DNA of 32,000 bases from Halorhodospira halophila SL1 (GCF_000015585.1 NC_008789.1:2610001-2642000); one strand, 5' to 3'; shown: positions 16,194 through 25,879, numbered from the stretch's first letter. The notes: generated from the sequence alone by a model not told the origin. A program made the numbers and translations.

Positions 16194-17054
16194 CTAACAG
16201 GGGCGGAGACGGCGCACCACCACTTCGCCGCTCGGGGCGTGCACCACACTGCACTGGTGGTGGAGGCGGCCGTCCACCTCCAGCCTCAGGGCCACCTGGA
16301 CGTAATCGCCCAGGCCCTCATCCCCCGGGTCCATATCCTCGGGATCCGGCAGGTTGTAAGCCTCGCGCAACCGTTCCGGCGCAGCCAGGGCGTTGAACCG
16401 GGTGCCCACCTCCGGTAACGCAGCCACATACGGCTCCAGGATGCGGTATGAGTCGGCATCCACGCCGCGGATCTGCAGCAGTTCACTGGGCACCGCCAAG
16501 GGCCGATTGGAAGGGCGGTAGGGGGGGGCCTGCCGGCTGTACCAGTCGTCTTCCACCTCGGGATCAGCCCAGTCGCGCAGGGCACGGATGACCTCATCCG
16601 GGTCCAGCCGGAAGTCGCCGTGGTCGCGGTTAAGGGCCTCGACCAGTTCGATGAAGCCGACCTCGGTCTCCTCATCCTCCTCGTCGATGAGGTTATTGAG
16701 GTTGATCCGGCAATGGAGATCTTCCAGGCGCACCTCCACGACGGCTCCCCCCACCTCTGTAGTAAAAGGCGGTGTACGACAGTCTTCGTCGAGCATCTGC
16801 GCCGCCTGATCGGTGTCGATCTGCGCCTCCTGGACCGCCTCGGCGGCCAGCGCCTCGACGCTCATGGCGTGGAGCTGCGCCTGGCTGGCCGCGTGGCTGG
16901 TCTGCGCCCGGCGCAGGTCGATCTGGTGACTGGCGGTCAGCGAGACAGCCGCCACCGAGGCCAGTGCCACCACCAGTAGGGCCGTGATCAGCGCAACACC
17001 GCGCTGAGTCCAAGGTGGAGTCTGAGGGCCAGGAATATCGCCATACGCTCTCAT
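16194..17054 (-). CDS. gspK: Type II secretion minor pseudopilin GspK
   Basis: QRGVALITALLVVALASVA prepilin-like N-terminus and GspK-type body. Start is ATG 17054 (GTG 17060 also possible). Confidence 0.8.
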   Translation of the reverse strand: MRAYGDIPGPQTPPWTQRGVALITALLVVALASVAAVSLTASHQIDLRRAQTSHAASQAQLHAMSVEALAAEAVQEAQIDTDQAAQMLDEDCRTPPFTTEVGGAVVEVRLEDLHCRINLNNLIDEEDEETEVGFIELVEALNRDHGDFRLDPDEVIRALRDWADPEVEDDWYSRQAPPYRPSNRPLAVPSELLQIRGVDADSYRILEPYVAALPEVGTRFNALAAPERLREAYNLPDPEDMDPGDEGLGDYVQVALRLEVDGRLHHQCSVVHAPSGEVVVRRLRPC

Positions 17055-17271
17055 GGTCACTCAAGCTTACACCGAGCGTCATGAAGCCGTCTCGATCCGG
17101 TCGCAGGGCGGCGTCGCCGTGCAGCGACAATCTCGAGCACTGCAGATCAGCAACTTAGCGCGCGCTCCCTGCCGTAGTGTTGCCTGACGGCGACAAAACG
17201 GGGCGCCCCGGCCTGCCTCCGCTCCGGGCCGCCGATCCTATCTTCTTGTTTTCCCGGTTTTTTACAGATGT

Positions 17272-17288
17272 TGGCACGCACCCTGCTT
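17272..17288 (+). promoter_or_regulatory. Candidate sigma-54 promoter upstream of the acidic secreted peptide gene
   Basis: TGGCAC-GCACC-CTGC-TT with GG/GC spacing of 12 nt. It starts 99 nt upstream of ATG 17371 and follows a T-rich tract (17241-17263). Confidence 0.5.
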
Positions 17289-17370
17289 AGAGAAGGGCGA
17301 GTGGTCGAAGTCGATCACGGCGACGACGCACACGACAGAGCAACGAAGCAACCGAAAGCGGAGGTAACGT

Positions 17371-17616
17371 ATGCATCACAAGCACTGGATCGCCGGTCTC
17401 CTGGCCCTGATGGTCGGCATGGGCTCCACCGCCGCCATGGCGTTCGACACCGAGGGCGAGGCAGACGACCAGTGGGAAGAGCCGGCTGATGACGGCTTTG
17501 AGGATGACGGCTTCGAAGACGACGGCTTCGAGTTCGAGGAGCAGGACGACGAGATCGACCCCTGGGACGAGGATGCCGACGATACTGATGCCGGCGACGA
17601 GGAGCTGGACTTCTAA
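17371..17616 (+). CDS. Small secreted polyacidic protein (81 aa) with three DDGFE repeats
   Basis: GGAGG lies 6 nt before the ATG. Sec signal peptide ends in AMA. The 57-aa mature part has 32 Asp/Glu and no Lys/Arg/His. A strong terminator follows. Confidence 0.65.
   Translation: MHHKHWIAGLLALMVGMGSTAAMAFDTEGEADDQWEEPADDGFEDDGFEDDGFEFEEQDDEIDPWDEDADDTDAGDEELDF
17488..17532 (+). repeat. 3 x 15-bp tandem repeat encoding DDGFE
   Basis: gatgacggctttgag / gatgacggcttcgaa / gacgacggcttcgag. Confidence 0.9.
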
Positions 17617-17653
17617 TACTGGCTGCTTGTAACCCCTATCGGGCTCTCTATCG

Positions 17654-17691
17654 GGAGGCCCAATCCAGGACGGATTGGGCCTCCTTTTTTT
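17654..17691 (+). terminator. Rho-independent terminator of the acidic peptide gene
   Basis: 13-bp perfect stem GGAGGCCCAATCC / GGATTGGGCCTCC, loop AGGAC, followed by seven T. Confidence 0.8.
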
Positions 17692-17717
17692 GCGCCGCCA
17701 GAACGGTGCCGATACCC

Positions 17718-17755
17718 AAAAAAAGCCCCGGAATCCGGGGGGAGGGATCCGGGGC
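17718..17755 (-). terminator. Rho-independent terminator downstream of engB
   Basis: On the minus strand: GCCCCGGA...TCCGGGGC (or the inner CCCCGG-ATT-CCGGGG hairpin) followed by seven T (A-run 17718-17724 on the plus strand). Confidence 0.65.
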
Positions 17756-17857
17756 CAACAGCCAACCCGACCTTGGGGGGAGCCGGGTTGTGTGCGCCAC
17801 GCTAGAGAGGAGGTTGTGGACCGCACATCAGCGACGCTCACTAGGTGCGACCATCGG

Positions 17858-18478
17858 TCACGCCTGAGAGTTCCCCACCGCGAACCACTCATCGAGGACG
17901 CCGGTCAGCTCGTCGATCCCCTCGCCCTTCAGCGCCGAGAACAGCTGCACGCTCGGCAGCGTCACCCCGTCCTCGGCGGTGGCCCGCTGCACCGCCTGCA
18001 ACCGGTTGTGGGCGGCGCCCCGCTTGAGCTTGTCCGCCTTGGTCAGCACCCCATGGAGCACCAGCCCGGCGTCGGCGCACCAGCGCAGCATCTGCAGATC
18101 CAGGTCAGTGGGGGCGTGCCGGACATCCATGATCACCACCACGCCGTAGAGCGACTGCCGGTTCCGCAGGTAGTCGGGCAGGGCGCGCTCCCAGCGCCGT
18201 TTGACCGCCTGGGGCACCTTAGCGTAGCCGTACCCGGGCAGATCGATGAGCCGGCGCGTCTCGTCCAGGTCGAAGCAGTTGATCGCCTGGGTGCGCCCCG
18301 GCGTGCCGCTGGTCCGCGCCAGCTTGCGCTGGCCGGTGAGGGCGTTGAGTACGCTGGACTTGCCCACGTTGGAGCGCCCGGCGAAGGCCACCTCGACCCC
18401 CTCATCCGGGCCCAGGTCGGCGGGTGTGGGGGCGCTTAGCCGGAACTGCGCCCGGCGGTAGATACGGTCTGCTGTCAT
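17858..18478 (-). CDS. engB: Ribosome-biogenesis GTPase EngB/YihA
   Basis: G1 motif GRSNVGKSS, DLPGYG, and TKADK (G4). Full-length at 206 aa. Confidence 0.95.
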   Translation of the reverse strand: MTADRIYRRAQFRLSAPTPADLGPDEGVEVAFAGRSNVGKSSVLNALTGQRKLARTSGTPGRTQAINCFDLDETRRLIDLPGYGYAKVPQAVKRRWERALPDYLRNRQSLYGVVVIMDVRHAPTDLDLQMLRWCADAGLVLHGVLTKADKLKRGAAHNRLQAVQRATAEDGVTLPSVQLFSALKGEGIDELTGVLDEWFAVGNSQA

Positions 18479-18562
18479 GCCTGCCTCTCTTGCCAGGATT
18501 CGGTCGGATCATGGTTTCATAGGCGGAACGCATCGTCGCCGGTTCAGGCGCCGCCGGACAAA

Positions 18563-18591
18563 TTGACGCTTGCGGATGCTGCTGATATAAG
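18563..18591 (+). promoter_or_regulatory. Candidate sigma-70 promoter of the cytochrome c4 gene
   Basis: TTGACG (18563-18568), 17-nt spacer, TATAAG (18586-18591). Confidence 0.5.
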
Positions 18592-18658
18592 TGGCAGCGT
18601 TCTGCGTCCGAGTTACGCACAAGGAAAGCCCACTCCATTAGCGGAGCGAACACAAGTC

Positions 18659-19303
18659 ATGCACAAGCGCACCCTGACCGGCTACACGGTCGCTGCCCTC
18701 GCGCTCGGCGCGACCACCGCCCAGGCCGAGATCGACCTGGATGCGGGCGAGCAGCTCAACAACGAGGTCTGCGTGGCCTGCCACGGCGCCACCGGTGTCA
18801 GCGATGTGCCCGAGTGGCCGAGCCACGCCGGGCAGCATAAGGACTACATCGTCTACCACATGGAACTGTTCCGGGACGAGAACCGCTGGGACCCGGAGTT
18901 CCTGATGACGCCCAACGCCACGGAGCTCTCGGATGAGGACATCCGCAACGTGGCCGCCTGGCTCGAGAAGCAGGATCCGCCGCCGTCCCAGGACGTGGAC
19001 GAAGAGCTGGCCGAGCAGGGCCGCGAGATCTACCACAGCGGTATCGCCGATCAGAACGTCGCCTCCTGCGCCTCGTGCCACGGGCCCAACGGCGAGGGCA
19101 TCAAGGGCGGCCAGTTCGCTGCGGTGGCCGGTCAGCAAGAGATCTACCTCAACGACTCCCTGACGGCGTTCAAGAACGAGGACCGCGAGAGCGATCGCAA
19201 CCGCATGATGCGCGACACCGCGGGCCGTATGACCGAGGAGGACATCGAGGCCGTCTCCGCCTACATGGCGAGCATGACGCTGCTCGACGACGAGGACGAG
19301 TGA
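18659..19303 (+). CDS. Dihaem cytochrome c4
   Basis: Signal peptide ending in AQA. Two class-I domains with CVACHG and CASCHG plus distal Met regions. It is divergent from engB, a common gammaproteobacterial synteny. Confidence 0.85.
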   Translation: MHKRTLTGYTVAALALGATTAQAEIDLDAGEQLNNEVCVACHGATGVSDVPEWPSHAGQHKDYIVYHMELFRDENRWDPEFLMTPNATELSDEDIRNVAAWLEKQDPPPSQDVDEELAEQGREIYHSGIADQNVASCASCHGPNGEGIKGGQFAAVAGQQEIYLNDSLTAFKNEDRESDRNRMMRDTAGRMTEEDIEAVSAYMASMTLLDDEDE

Positions 19304-19338
19304 TCGCGGGGCATCGCTGTTCCGGCCCGGCCGCCGAG

Positions 19339-19383
19339 AAGCCCGGCTGTCCCCCGTACCCGCGGGGATAGTCGGGCTTTTTC
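19339..19383 (+). terminator. Rho-independent terminator after cytochrome c4
   Basis: AAGCCCG (19339-19345) pairs with CGGGCTT (19373-19379), with a nested CCCCG/CGGGG stem, followed by TTTTT. Confidence 0.6.
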
Positions 19384-19431
19384 CTGTGCAACAGGCAGAA
19401 CCGACCTCACTCGCTCCAGACTTCGGCACCC

Positions 19432-20265
19432 ATGACCAACATCTCCTACCGGCTGCGCGAGGGGGCCTACGCCACCCTCCACCCCACGCTCTCGCCCGAG
19501 GCGCCGGCCACCATTCGAGTGGTCAGCTACAACATCCAGAACGCCATCGCCACCTCGCGCTACCACCACTACTTCACGCGGGGCTGGAAGCACGTGCTCC
19601 CGGACCGCCAGCGACAGGGGAATCTGGAGCGCATCGGCGGCTGGATCGAGCCCTACGACCTGGTCGGGCTGCAGGAGGTGGACGCCGGGAGCTTCCGGAC
19701 CGGGTTCATGAACCAGGTGGAGCACCTGGCCTACAAGGCGGACTTCCCCTACTGGTACATCCAGACCAACCGCAACATGGGCCGCCTGGCGCAGCAGAGC
19801 AACGGGCTGCTGGCCCGCTACCGGCCGGCAGAGATCCGCGAGCACCGGCTGCCCGGTCTGATCCCCGGGCGCGGGGCGCTGCAGATCCGTTTCGGGTCCG
19901 GTAGCGAGGCGCTCAACGTCATCCAGGTGCACATGGCCCTGGGACGACGCACCCGGATGCGGCAGATGGACTTCCTGGCCGAGCTGGTCAACGCCCACCG
20001 GCACATCATCGTGATGGGCGATCTCAACTGCCAGGCGGACAGCCCCGAGCTGCTCCGCCTCGGCCGGCGCACAGACCTCTCCGAGCCCATCCACGGCCTG
20101 CACACCTTCCCCAGCTGGCGCCCGAAGCACAATATCGATCACATCCTGATCAGCTCCACACTGCAGGTGCAGCGGGCCCGGGTCCTGGAACACGCGCTCT
20201 CCGACCATCTGCCGATCGCCATGGAGCTGGCCCTGCCCGAGGCGGTCCGCCTGCCTGCGGCATAA
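19432..20265 (+). CDS. Endonuclease/exonuclease/phosphatase (EEP) family protein
   Basis: Motifs VVSYNIQ, GLQEVD, GDLN and SDHLPI. Confidence 0.8.
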   Translation: MTNISYRLREGAYATLHPTLSPEAPATIRVVSYNIQNAIATSRYHHYFTRGWKHVLPDRQRQGNLERIGGWIEPYDLVGLQEVDAGSFRTGFMNQVEHLAYKADFPYWYIQTNRNMGRLAQQSNGLLARYRPAEIREHRLPGLIPGRGALQIRFGSGSEALNVIQVHMALGRRTRMRQMDFLAELVNAHRHIIVMGDLNCQADSPELLRLGRRTDLSEPIHGLHTFPSWRPKHNIDHILISSTLQVQRARVLEHALSDHLPIAMELALPEAVRLPAA

Positions 20266-20337
20266 CGCGCAGGGATTTGTTGCCGCCCGCGGAACTGTAT
20301 TACGCTCCCGCGTCAAGTTCCGACGGGGAGCACGGCC

Positions 20338-21699
20338 ATGAAGGATTTGCGGCAGTCGATCCACGGAGAGTGGGGATCGCGATGGGCCTTCATCCTGGCG
20401 GCGACGGGGTCCGCCGTGGGCCTGGGCAACATCTGGCGCTTCCCCTACGTCGTCGGTGAGTACGGCGGGGGCGCCTTCATCCTGATCTACCTGGCTTGCA
20501 TCCTCGCCATCGGCATTCCGGTGATGATGGCCGAGATCCTCATCGGCCGCCGCGGCCGCCAGAGCCCGATCAACACCATGCGGGCGCTGCCCGCCGAGTT
20601 CGGCGCCGGGCGCTGGTGGCAGATCCTCGGCTGGCTGGGGGTGATCGCCGGCTTCCTGGTGCTCTCGTTCTACTCGGTGGTGGCCGGCTGGTCGCTGGCC
20701 TACGTCCCGTACACCGCCGCCGGCACCTTCACCGGCACGGAGACCAGCCAGGTCGAGGCGATCTTCAACGACCTGCTGGCCAGCCCGTGGCAGATGCTCT
20801 TCTGGCATACCGTGTTCATGGGGGCCACCGCCTTCATCGTCCTGCGCGGGGTGCAGAACGGGCTGGAGCGCGCCGTGCGCCTGCTCATGCCGATCCTCTT
20901 CCTGCTCCTGCTGGTGATGGTCGGCTACGGCATGGGTGCCGGGGCGTTCGTCGAGGCGATGGACTTCATGTTCTCGCCGGACTTCAGCGCCATCGGCGGC
21001 GATGCAGTGCTGGTCGCCATGGGCCAGGCCTTCTTCACCCTGAGCCTGGGTCTGGGGGCAATCATGGCCTACGGCTCGTACCTGTCGAAGCGCTCCTCGA
21101 TCCCCGGCAACAGCGGACTGATCGCCGGCGCCGACACGGTCATCGCCCTGCTCGCTGGCCTGGCCATCTTCCCCATCGTGCTGGCCGCCGGGCTCGATCC
21201 GGACAGCGGGCCAGGGCTGGTCTTCGTGACCCTCTCCTACGGCTTCGGGCAGATGCCGCTGGGGGCACTGTTCGGCACGCTGTTCTTCCTGCTGCTCTCC
21301 TTCGCGGCGCTGACCTCGGCGATCTCCATCATGGAGCCGGCCACCGCTTACCTGGTGGAGACCCGCGGCTGGAAGCGGCCCAAGGCGGCCGCGGCCGTCG
21401 CCGCCGCGGCGTGGCTGGTGGGCATCGGCTCGCTGCTGGCCTTCAACGTGTGGGCCGGCTTCACCATCGCCGGGCTGAACTTCCAGGAGCTGGCCGAGTA
21501 CCTCTCCACCAGCGTCATGCTACCCCTAGGCGGCCTGCTGATGGCCCTGTTTGCCGGCTGGGTGCTGCCGCGCAGCGTGACCACCGAGGAGCTGGCGCTG
21601 CCCGATTGGGTCTACCGGGGCTGGCTGGTGCTGGTGCGCTTCGTCGTGCCGGCGGCCATCCTGGTGGTCTTCGCCAACAGCCTCGGGCTGCTCGGCTGA
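20338..21699 (+). CDS. Sodium-dependent transporter, neurotransmitter:sodium symporter (NSS/SNF) family
   Basis: N-terminal WGSRWAFILAATGSAVGLGNIWRFPY signature and a multi-TM body. Confidence 0.9.
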   Translation: MKDLRQSIHGEWGSRWAFILAATGSAVGLGNIWRFPYVVGEYGGGAFILIYLACILAIGIPVMMAEILIGRRGRQSPINTMRALPAEFGAGRWWQILGWLGVIAGFLVLSFYSVVAGWSLAYVPYTAAGTFTGTETSQVEAIFNDLLASPWQMLFWHTVFMGATAFIVLRGVQNGLERAVRLLMPILFLLLLVMVGYGMGAGAFVEAMDFMFSPDFSAIGGDAVLVAMGQAFFTLSLGLGAIMAYGSYLSKRSSIPGNSGLIAGADTVIALLAGLAIFPIVLAAGLDPDSGPGLVFVTLSYGFGQMPLGALFGTLFFLLLSFAALTSAISIMEPATAYLVETRGWKRPKAAAAVAAAAWLVGIGSLLAFNVWAGFTIAGLNFQELAEYLSTSVMLPLGGLLMALFAGWVLPRSVTTEELALPDWVYRGWLVLVRFVVPAAILVVFANSLGLLG

Positions 21700-21705
21700 C
21701 CAGCC

Positions 21706-21739
21706 GCGAGCCGGGACCGCCGCGGCGGTCCCGGCTCGC
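21706..21739. terminator. 15-bp perfect hairpin between convergent genes (possible bidirectional terminator)
   Basis: GCGAGCCGGGACCGC (21706-21720), loop CGCG, GCGGTCCCGGCTCGC (21725-21739). No U-tract on either strand. Confidence 0.45.
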
Positions 21740-21773
21740 ACCGCCGGAGTCGCTGGACCGACACCGCGGTGGC

Positions 21774-22304
21774 CTAGGCGCTGCCGCGGTGTCGCTCTTT
21801 CAGGCCCACGTAGTGGTTGGCGGAGTAGCGCAGGTGCTCGCGCTCCTGATCAGTAAGCTCGCGCACCGGCTTGGCGGGGTTGCCCAGGTAGAGGTAGCCG
21901 CCCTCCAGCTCCTTGCCCGGCGGCACTAGGGCGCCGGCGCCAATGATGCTCTCTGGGCCGACCACGGCGCCGTCGAGGATCACCGAACCGATCCCCACCA
22001 GGCAGTGGTCCCCGACCCGACAGGCGTGGATCACGGCCTTGTGGCCGACGGTGACCTCGGCGCCGATCAGCGCCGGGAACCCCCCCGGGCTATAGGGGCC
22101 GTCGTGGGCGACGTGGACCACCGCGCCGTCCTGGATATTGGTCCGTGCCCCGACCTCGATGCGGTGAACGTCCCCCCGCAGCACGGCGGTAGGCCAGACC
22201 GAGACCTCCTCGTGCAGGCTCACATCGCCGATGACCAGGGCCGTGGCGTCGACCCAGGCGCCGGGCCCCAACTGCGGGCGAATGCCTCCGAATTCGCGGA
22301 TCAT
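21774..22304 (-). CDS. Gamma-carbonic-anhydrase-like / hexapeptide-repeat protein (YrdA/PaaY family)
   Basis: Start MIREFGG at ATG 22304 with GGGAG SD. Left-handed beta-helix repeats and conserved His residues (VHVAHD, GHKAVIH). Confidence 0.85.
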   Translation of the reverse strand: MIREFGGIRPQLGPGAWVDATALVIGDVSLHEEVSVWPTAVLRGDVHRIEVGARTNIQDGAVVHVAHDGPYSPGGFPALIGAEVTVGHKAVIHACRVGDHCLVGIGSVILDGAVVGPESIIGAGALVPPGKELEGGYLYLGNPAKPVRELTDQEREHLRYSANHYVGLKERHRGSA

Positions 22305-22320
22305 GTCGGCTCCCTTGCGC

Positions 22321-23682
22321 TCACAGGGTGACCAGTTCTTCGGCGCTGGTGGGGTGGATGGCCACTGTGTTGTCGAAATCGGCCTTGGTGGCCCCCATGC
22401 GCACCGCCACGGCGAAACCCTGGAGCATCTCGTCGGCGGCCTCGCCGAAGATGTGCACGCCGACCACCCGCTCCTCGGCACCCACGGTCACCAGCTTCAT
22501 GGCCGTGCGCCGCTTCACCGCCTGCGGGGCCAGGGCGTAGTTCATGGGGAAGAACCGCGTCTGATAGCAGGTGACCTGATCGGCGCCGTAGGCGGCCTCG
22601 GCCTCCGGCTCGGTCATGCCCACGGTGCCCAGCGGCGGGTGGGTGAAGACCACGGAGGGGATGTCCCGGTACGCCAGCCGGCTGTCGCTCTGGCCGGCGA
22701 AGAGCCGGTCGGCCAGCCGGCGTCCGGCGGCGATGGCCACGGGGGTCAGCGGGAAGTCGTTGCCGGTGACGTCCCCCACGGCGAGCACCGAGTCGACCTC
22801 GGTGCGCTGGTAGTCGTCCACCGGAATGGTGCCATCCGCCCGCGGGGTGATGCCGGCCCGCTCAAGACCCAGGTCCGCGGTGGCGGCATCCCGGCCGATG
22901 GCCCAGATGACGGTATCCACGTCCTCGATCCGTTGACCGTCTTCGGCCAGCAGCGTGAGCCGCCCATCGGCCTGGCGCTCGCAGGCGGCGGGGACGAAGT
23001 GGGTGCGCAGGTCGAACCCGTCCACTTCCAGGCTCTCGGCCAGCGACTCCCGTAGCAGCGGATCGAAGCCACGCAGGGGACCGTCCCGGCGCACGGTCAG
23101 GGTGGTCTCGGTGCCCAGGTGGTGGAGCACGCCGGCCAGTTCCACGGCGATGTAACCGGCCCCCACCACCACGGCCCGACGCGGCTGCTCGTGGAGCTGG
23201 AAGAAGCCGTCGGAGTCGATGCCGTAATCGGCGCCGGGGATGTCCGGCCGGCTCGGCCGCCCGCCCGGGGCGAGGAGTATATAGCGGCCGCGCAGGGGCT
23301 GGCCATCCACCGCCACGGTATGGGCGTCACGGAGCTCTCCGGTGCCCCGGTAGAGATCGATGCCGGCGCGCTCGACGTTGCTGGCGTAGATGCCGTTGAG
23401 CCGCTCGACGTAGGCGTCCCGGGCCCGGCACAGCCCCCCCCAGTCGAACTCCGGAGCCTGCTCGAGGCTGAAGCCGAAGTCGGCAGCGCGCTCCAGCGCC
23501 GCCGCCGTCTCGCTGGCGTACCACATCACCTTCTTGGGCACGCAGCCGACGTTGACGCAGGTGCCCCCCAGGCGATCGCGCTCGACCATGGCCACGCGAG
23601 CACCGTGGGCCGCGGCGCGTCGTGCCGTCGCCATGCCGCCGCTACCGCCACCGATGACGATCAGATCGTACTCGTCCGTCAT
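22321..23682 (-). CDS. gor: Glutathione-disulfide reductase
   Basis: Start [16 protein letters not shown] at ATG 23682 with AGGAGGG SD. Redox-active [13 protein letters not shown]. Second Rossmann fold [12 protein letters not shown]-terminal HPTSAEE. Confidence 0.9.
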   Translation of the reverse strand: MTDEYDLIVIGGGSGGMATARRAAAHGARVAMVERDRLGGTCVNVGCVPKKVMWYASETAAALERAADFGFSLEQAPEFDWGGLCRARDAYVERLNGIYASNVERAGIDLYRGTGELRDAHTVAVDGQPLRGRYILLAPGGRPSRPDIPGADYGIDSDGFFQLHEQPRRAVVVGAGYIAVELAGVLHHLGTETTLTVRRDGPLRGFDPLLRESLAESLEVDGFDLRTHFVPAACERQADGRLTLLAEDGQRIEDVDTVIWAIGRDAATADLGLERAGITPRADGTIPVDDYQRTEVDSVLAVGDVTGNDFPLTPVAIAAGRRLADRLFAGQSDSRLAYRDIPSVVFTHPPLGTVGMTEPEAEAAYGADQVTCYQTRFFPMNYALAPQAVKRRTAMKLVTVGAEERVVGVHIFGEAADEMLQGFAVAVRMGATKADFDNTVAIHPTSAEELVTL

Positions 23683-23793
23683 GGACCCTCCTCGACAAGC
23701 AGCTTCGGGCGAACGGATCGCCCCGGCTCGGGTACAGGGATCGTTCGCCGCACGCGTGCTAGAGTGTAACGCGTCCGCTCCAAAGGTGGTGAT

Positions 23794-25851
23794 ATGTCGG
23801 AAAACCCGCTGCTTAGCGATCACCTGCTACCGCCGTTTTCGAGCATCCAGGCCGAGCACGTCGAGCCGGCCGTCGACTCTCTGATCGAGACCAGTCGCCA
23901 GGCCCTCGAGACGGCCCTGGCCGCCGGCCCACCCTACACCTGGGACAACCTGATGCGGCCCCTTGAGGACGCCGACGACCGGCTGGCCCGGGCCTGGGCA
24001 CCGATCTCGCACCTGCACGCCGTGGCGGATTCGCCGGCCCTGCGTCAGGCCTACAACGCGGCACTGCCGGCGCTTAGCGCGCACTACGCCGAACAGGCCC
24101 AGGACCCACGCCTCTTCCAGGCGGTGCAGGACCTGGCCGAGCGGGCCGCCGCCCTCGGGCTCGACGCCGCGCAGCGCAAGGTGATCACCGACACCCTGCG
24201 CGATCTCGAACTCGCCGGAGTGGGGCTGGAGGAGCCGGCCCGCAGCCGCTTCCGGGCCAATGCCCAGCGTCTGGCCGAACTGGGCGCCCGATTCCAGGAA
24301 AACGTGCTCGATGCCACCCAGGCGTGGCACCTGGATGTCGACGAAGCAGCACTTGCCGGGCTACCCGATTCGGCCCGCTCCATGGCGCGCCAGGCCGCGG
24401 CCGAGGCCGGCGCCGGGGGTTACCGGCTGACCCTGCAGATGCCCAGCGTGCTGGCGGTGCTGCAGCACGCCGAGGATCGCGAGCTGCGCCGCGAGGTCTA
24501 CACCGCCCACGCCACTCGCGCCTCGGACGCCGGCCCCCACGCCGGGCAGTACGACAACACCCCGGTCATGGAGGAGATCCTGCGCCTGCGCGCGGAGCAG
24601 GCCGAGCTGCTCGGCTACCGGAGTTACGCCGATCAGGCGCTGGCACGGCGCATGGCCGACTCCCCGGAGGAGGTGCACGGCTTCCTCACCGATCTGGCCG
24701 AGCGGGCCCGTCCCCGCGCACAGGCCGAGTTCGACGAGCTGCAGCGCTTCGCGTTCGAGCGTGACGGCATCGACCATCTGGAGGTCTGGGACGTCGCCTA
24801 CTACAGCGAGCGGCTGCGCGAGGAGCGCTTCCAGCTCTCCGACGAGACGCTGCGACCGTACTTCCCGGCCGAACACGTGGTCGAGGGGCTGTTCACCATC
24901 GCCGAGCGACTGTTCGGGGCCCGGTTCCGCCTGCGCAACGACGTCGACACCTGGCACCCGGACGTGCGCTACTACGAGCTGCTGGACACCGACGGCAGCC
25001 CGCGCGGCGGCCTCTACGCCGATCTCTACGCGCGCACCGGCAAACGCAGCGGCGCCTGGATGGGCGAGTGTTGCAGTCGCCGCCAGCGCGAGCACGACAT
25101 CCAGCCGCCGGTGGCCTTCCTCACCTGCAACTTTACGCCCACCGCCGAGGGCGAGCCCGCCCTGCTCACTCACGACGAGGTGGTCACCCTCTTCCATGAG
25201 TTCGGCCACACCCTGCACCACCTGCTCACCCGGCAGGACTGGCGTCCGGTGGCGGGCATCCATGGGGTGGAGTGGGACGCCGTCGAGTTACCCAGCCAGC
25301 TGCTCGAGAACTGGTGCTGGGAGCGCGAGGGGCTGGACCTGATGGCCGCCCACTACCAGACCGGCGAGCCGCTCCCCCGGGAGCTGTTTGAGCGGCTACG
25401 GGCGTCCCGCGACTTCCAGGTTGGCCTGCACATGCTCCGCCAGCTGGAGTTCTCGCTGTTCGATCTGGAACTCCACCAGCGCAAAGACGCGCCGGAGGCG
25501 GCCAGCATCCTGAGCACCCTCGAGGATGTCCGCCGCCGCGTGGCGGTGGTCCATCCGCCGGCCTGGCAGCGCTTCCCGCACAGCTTCGCGCACATCTTCG
25601 CCGGCGGCTACGCCGCGGGCTACTACAGCTACAAGTGGGCGGAGGTGCTCTCGGCCGACGCCTTCGAGCGGTTCCGCGAGGAGGGCCTGCTGGAGCGCAG
25701 CGTGGGCCAGTCGCTGGCCGAGAACATCCTGGAGATGGGCGGCGCCGCCCCGGCACGGGAGCTGTTCCAGGGGTTCCGCGGCCGTTCGCCGAGCATCGAG
25801 CCGCTGCTGCGCCAGAGCGGGCTCAGCGAAGATCCCCCGACGCGCGGCTAG
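23794..25851 (+). CDS. prlC: Oligopeptidase A (M3 family zinc metallopeptidase)
   Basis: 685 aa. HEFGH zinc motif and M3A-type sequence throughout. Confidence 0.9.
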   Translation: MSENPLLSDHLLPPFSSIQAEHVEPAVDSLIETSRQALETALAAGPPYTWDNLMRPLEDADDRLARAWAPISHLHAVADSPALRQAYNAALPALSAHYAEQAQDPRLFQAVQDLAERAAALGLDAAQRKVITDTLRDLELAGVGLEEPARSRFRANAQRLAELGARFQENVLDATQAWHLDVDEAALAGLPDSARSMARQAAAEAGAGGYRLTLQMPSVLAVLQHAEDRELRREVYTAHATRASDAGPHAGQYDNTPVMEEILRLRAEQAELLGYRSYADQALARRMADSPEEVHGFLTDLAERARPRAQAEFDELQRFAFERDGIDHLEVWDVAYYSERLREERFQLSDETLRPYFPAEHVVEGLFTIAERLFGARFRLRNDVDTWHPDVRYYELLDTDGSPRGGLYADLYARTGKRSGAWMGECCSRRQREHDIQPPVAFLTCNFTPTAEGEPALLTHDEVVTLFHEFGHTLHHLLTRQDWRPVAGIHGVEWDAVELPSQLLENWCWEREGLDLMAAHYQTGEPLPRELFERLRASRDFQVGLHMLRQLEFSLFDLELHQRKDAPEAASILSTLEDVRRRVAVVHPPAWQRFPHSFAHIFAGGYAAGYYSYKWAEVLSADAFERFREEGLLERSVGQSLAENILEMGGAAPARELFQGFRGRSPSIEPLLRQSGLSEDPPTRG

Positions 25852-25879
25852 CCAGCCCGCCGAGGCGGGCCGGCTAGCC
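25846..25879. terminator. Hairpin between convergent prlC and trmB with both stop codons inside the arms
   Basis: GGCTAGCCAGCCCGCC / GGCGGGCCGGCTAGCC with one mismatch. TAG 25849-25851 (prlC) and CTA 25874-25876 (trmB stop, minus strand) lie in the stem. Confidence 0.4.

Noticed and set aside
17287-17892. 201-aa ORF on the minus strand spanning the acidic-peptide gene and both terminators.
   Set aside because: It overlaps a well-supported plus-strand gene and two rho-independent terminators. Its product is low-complexity and it has no SD.
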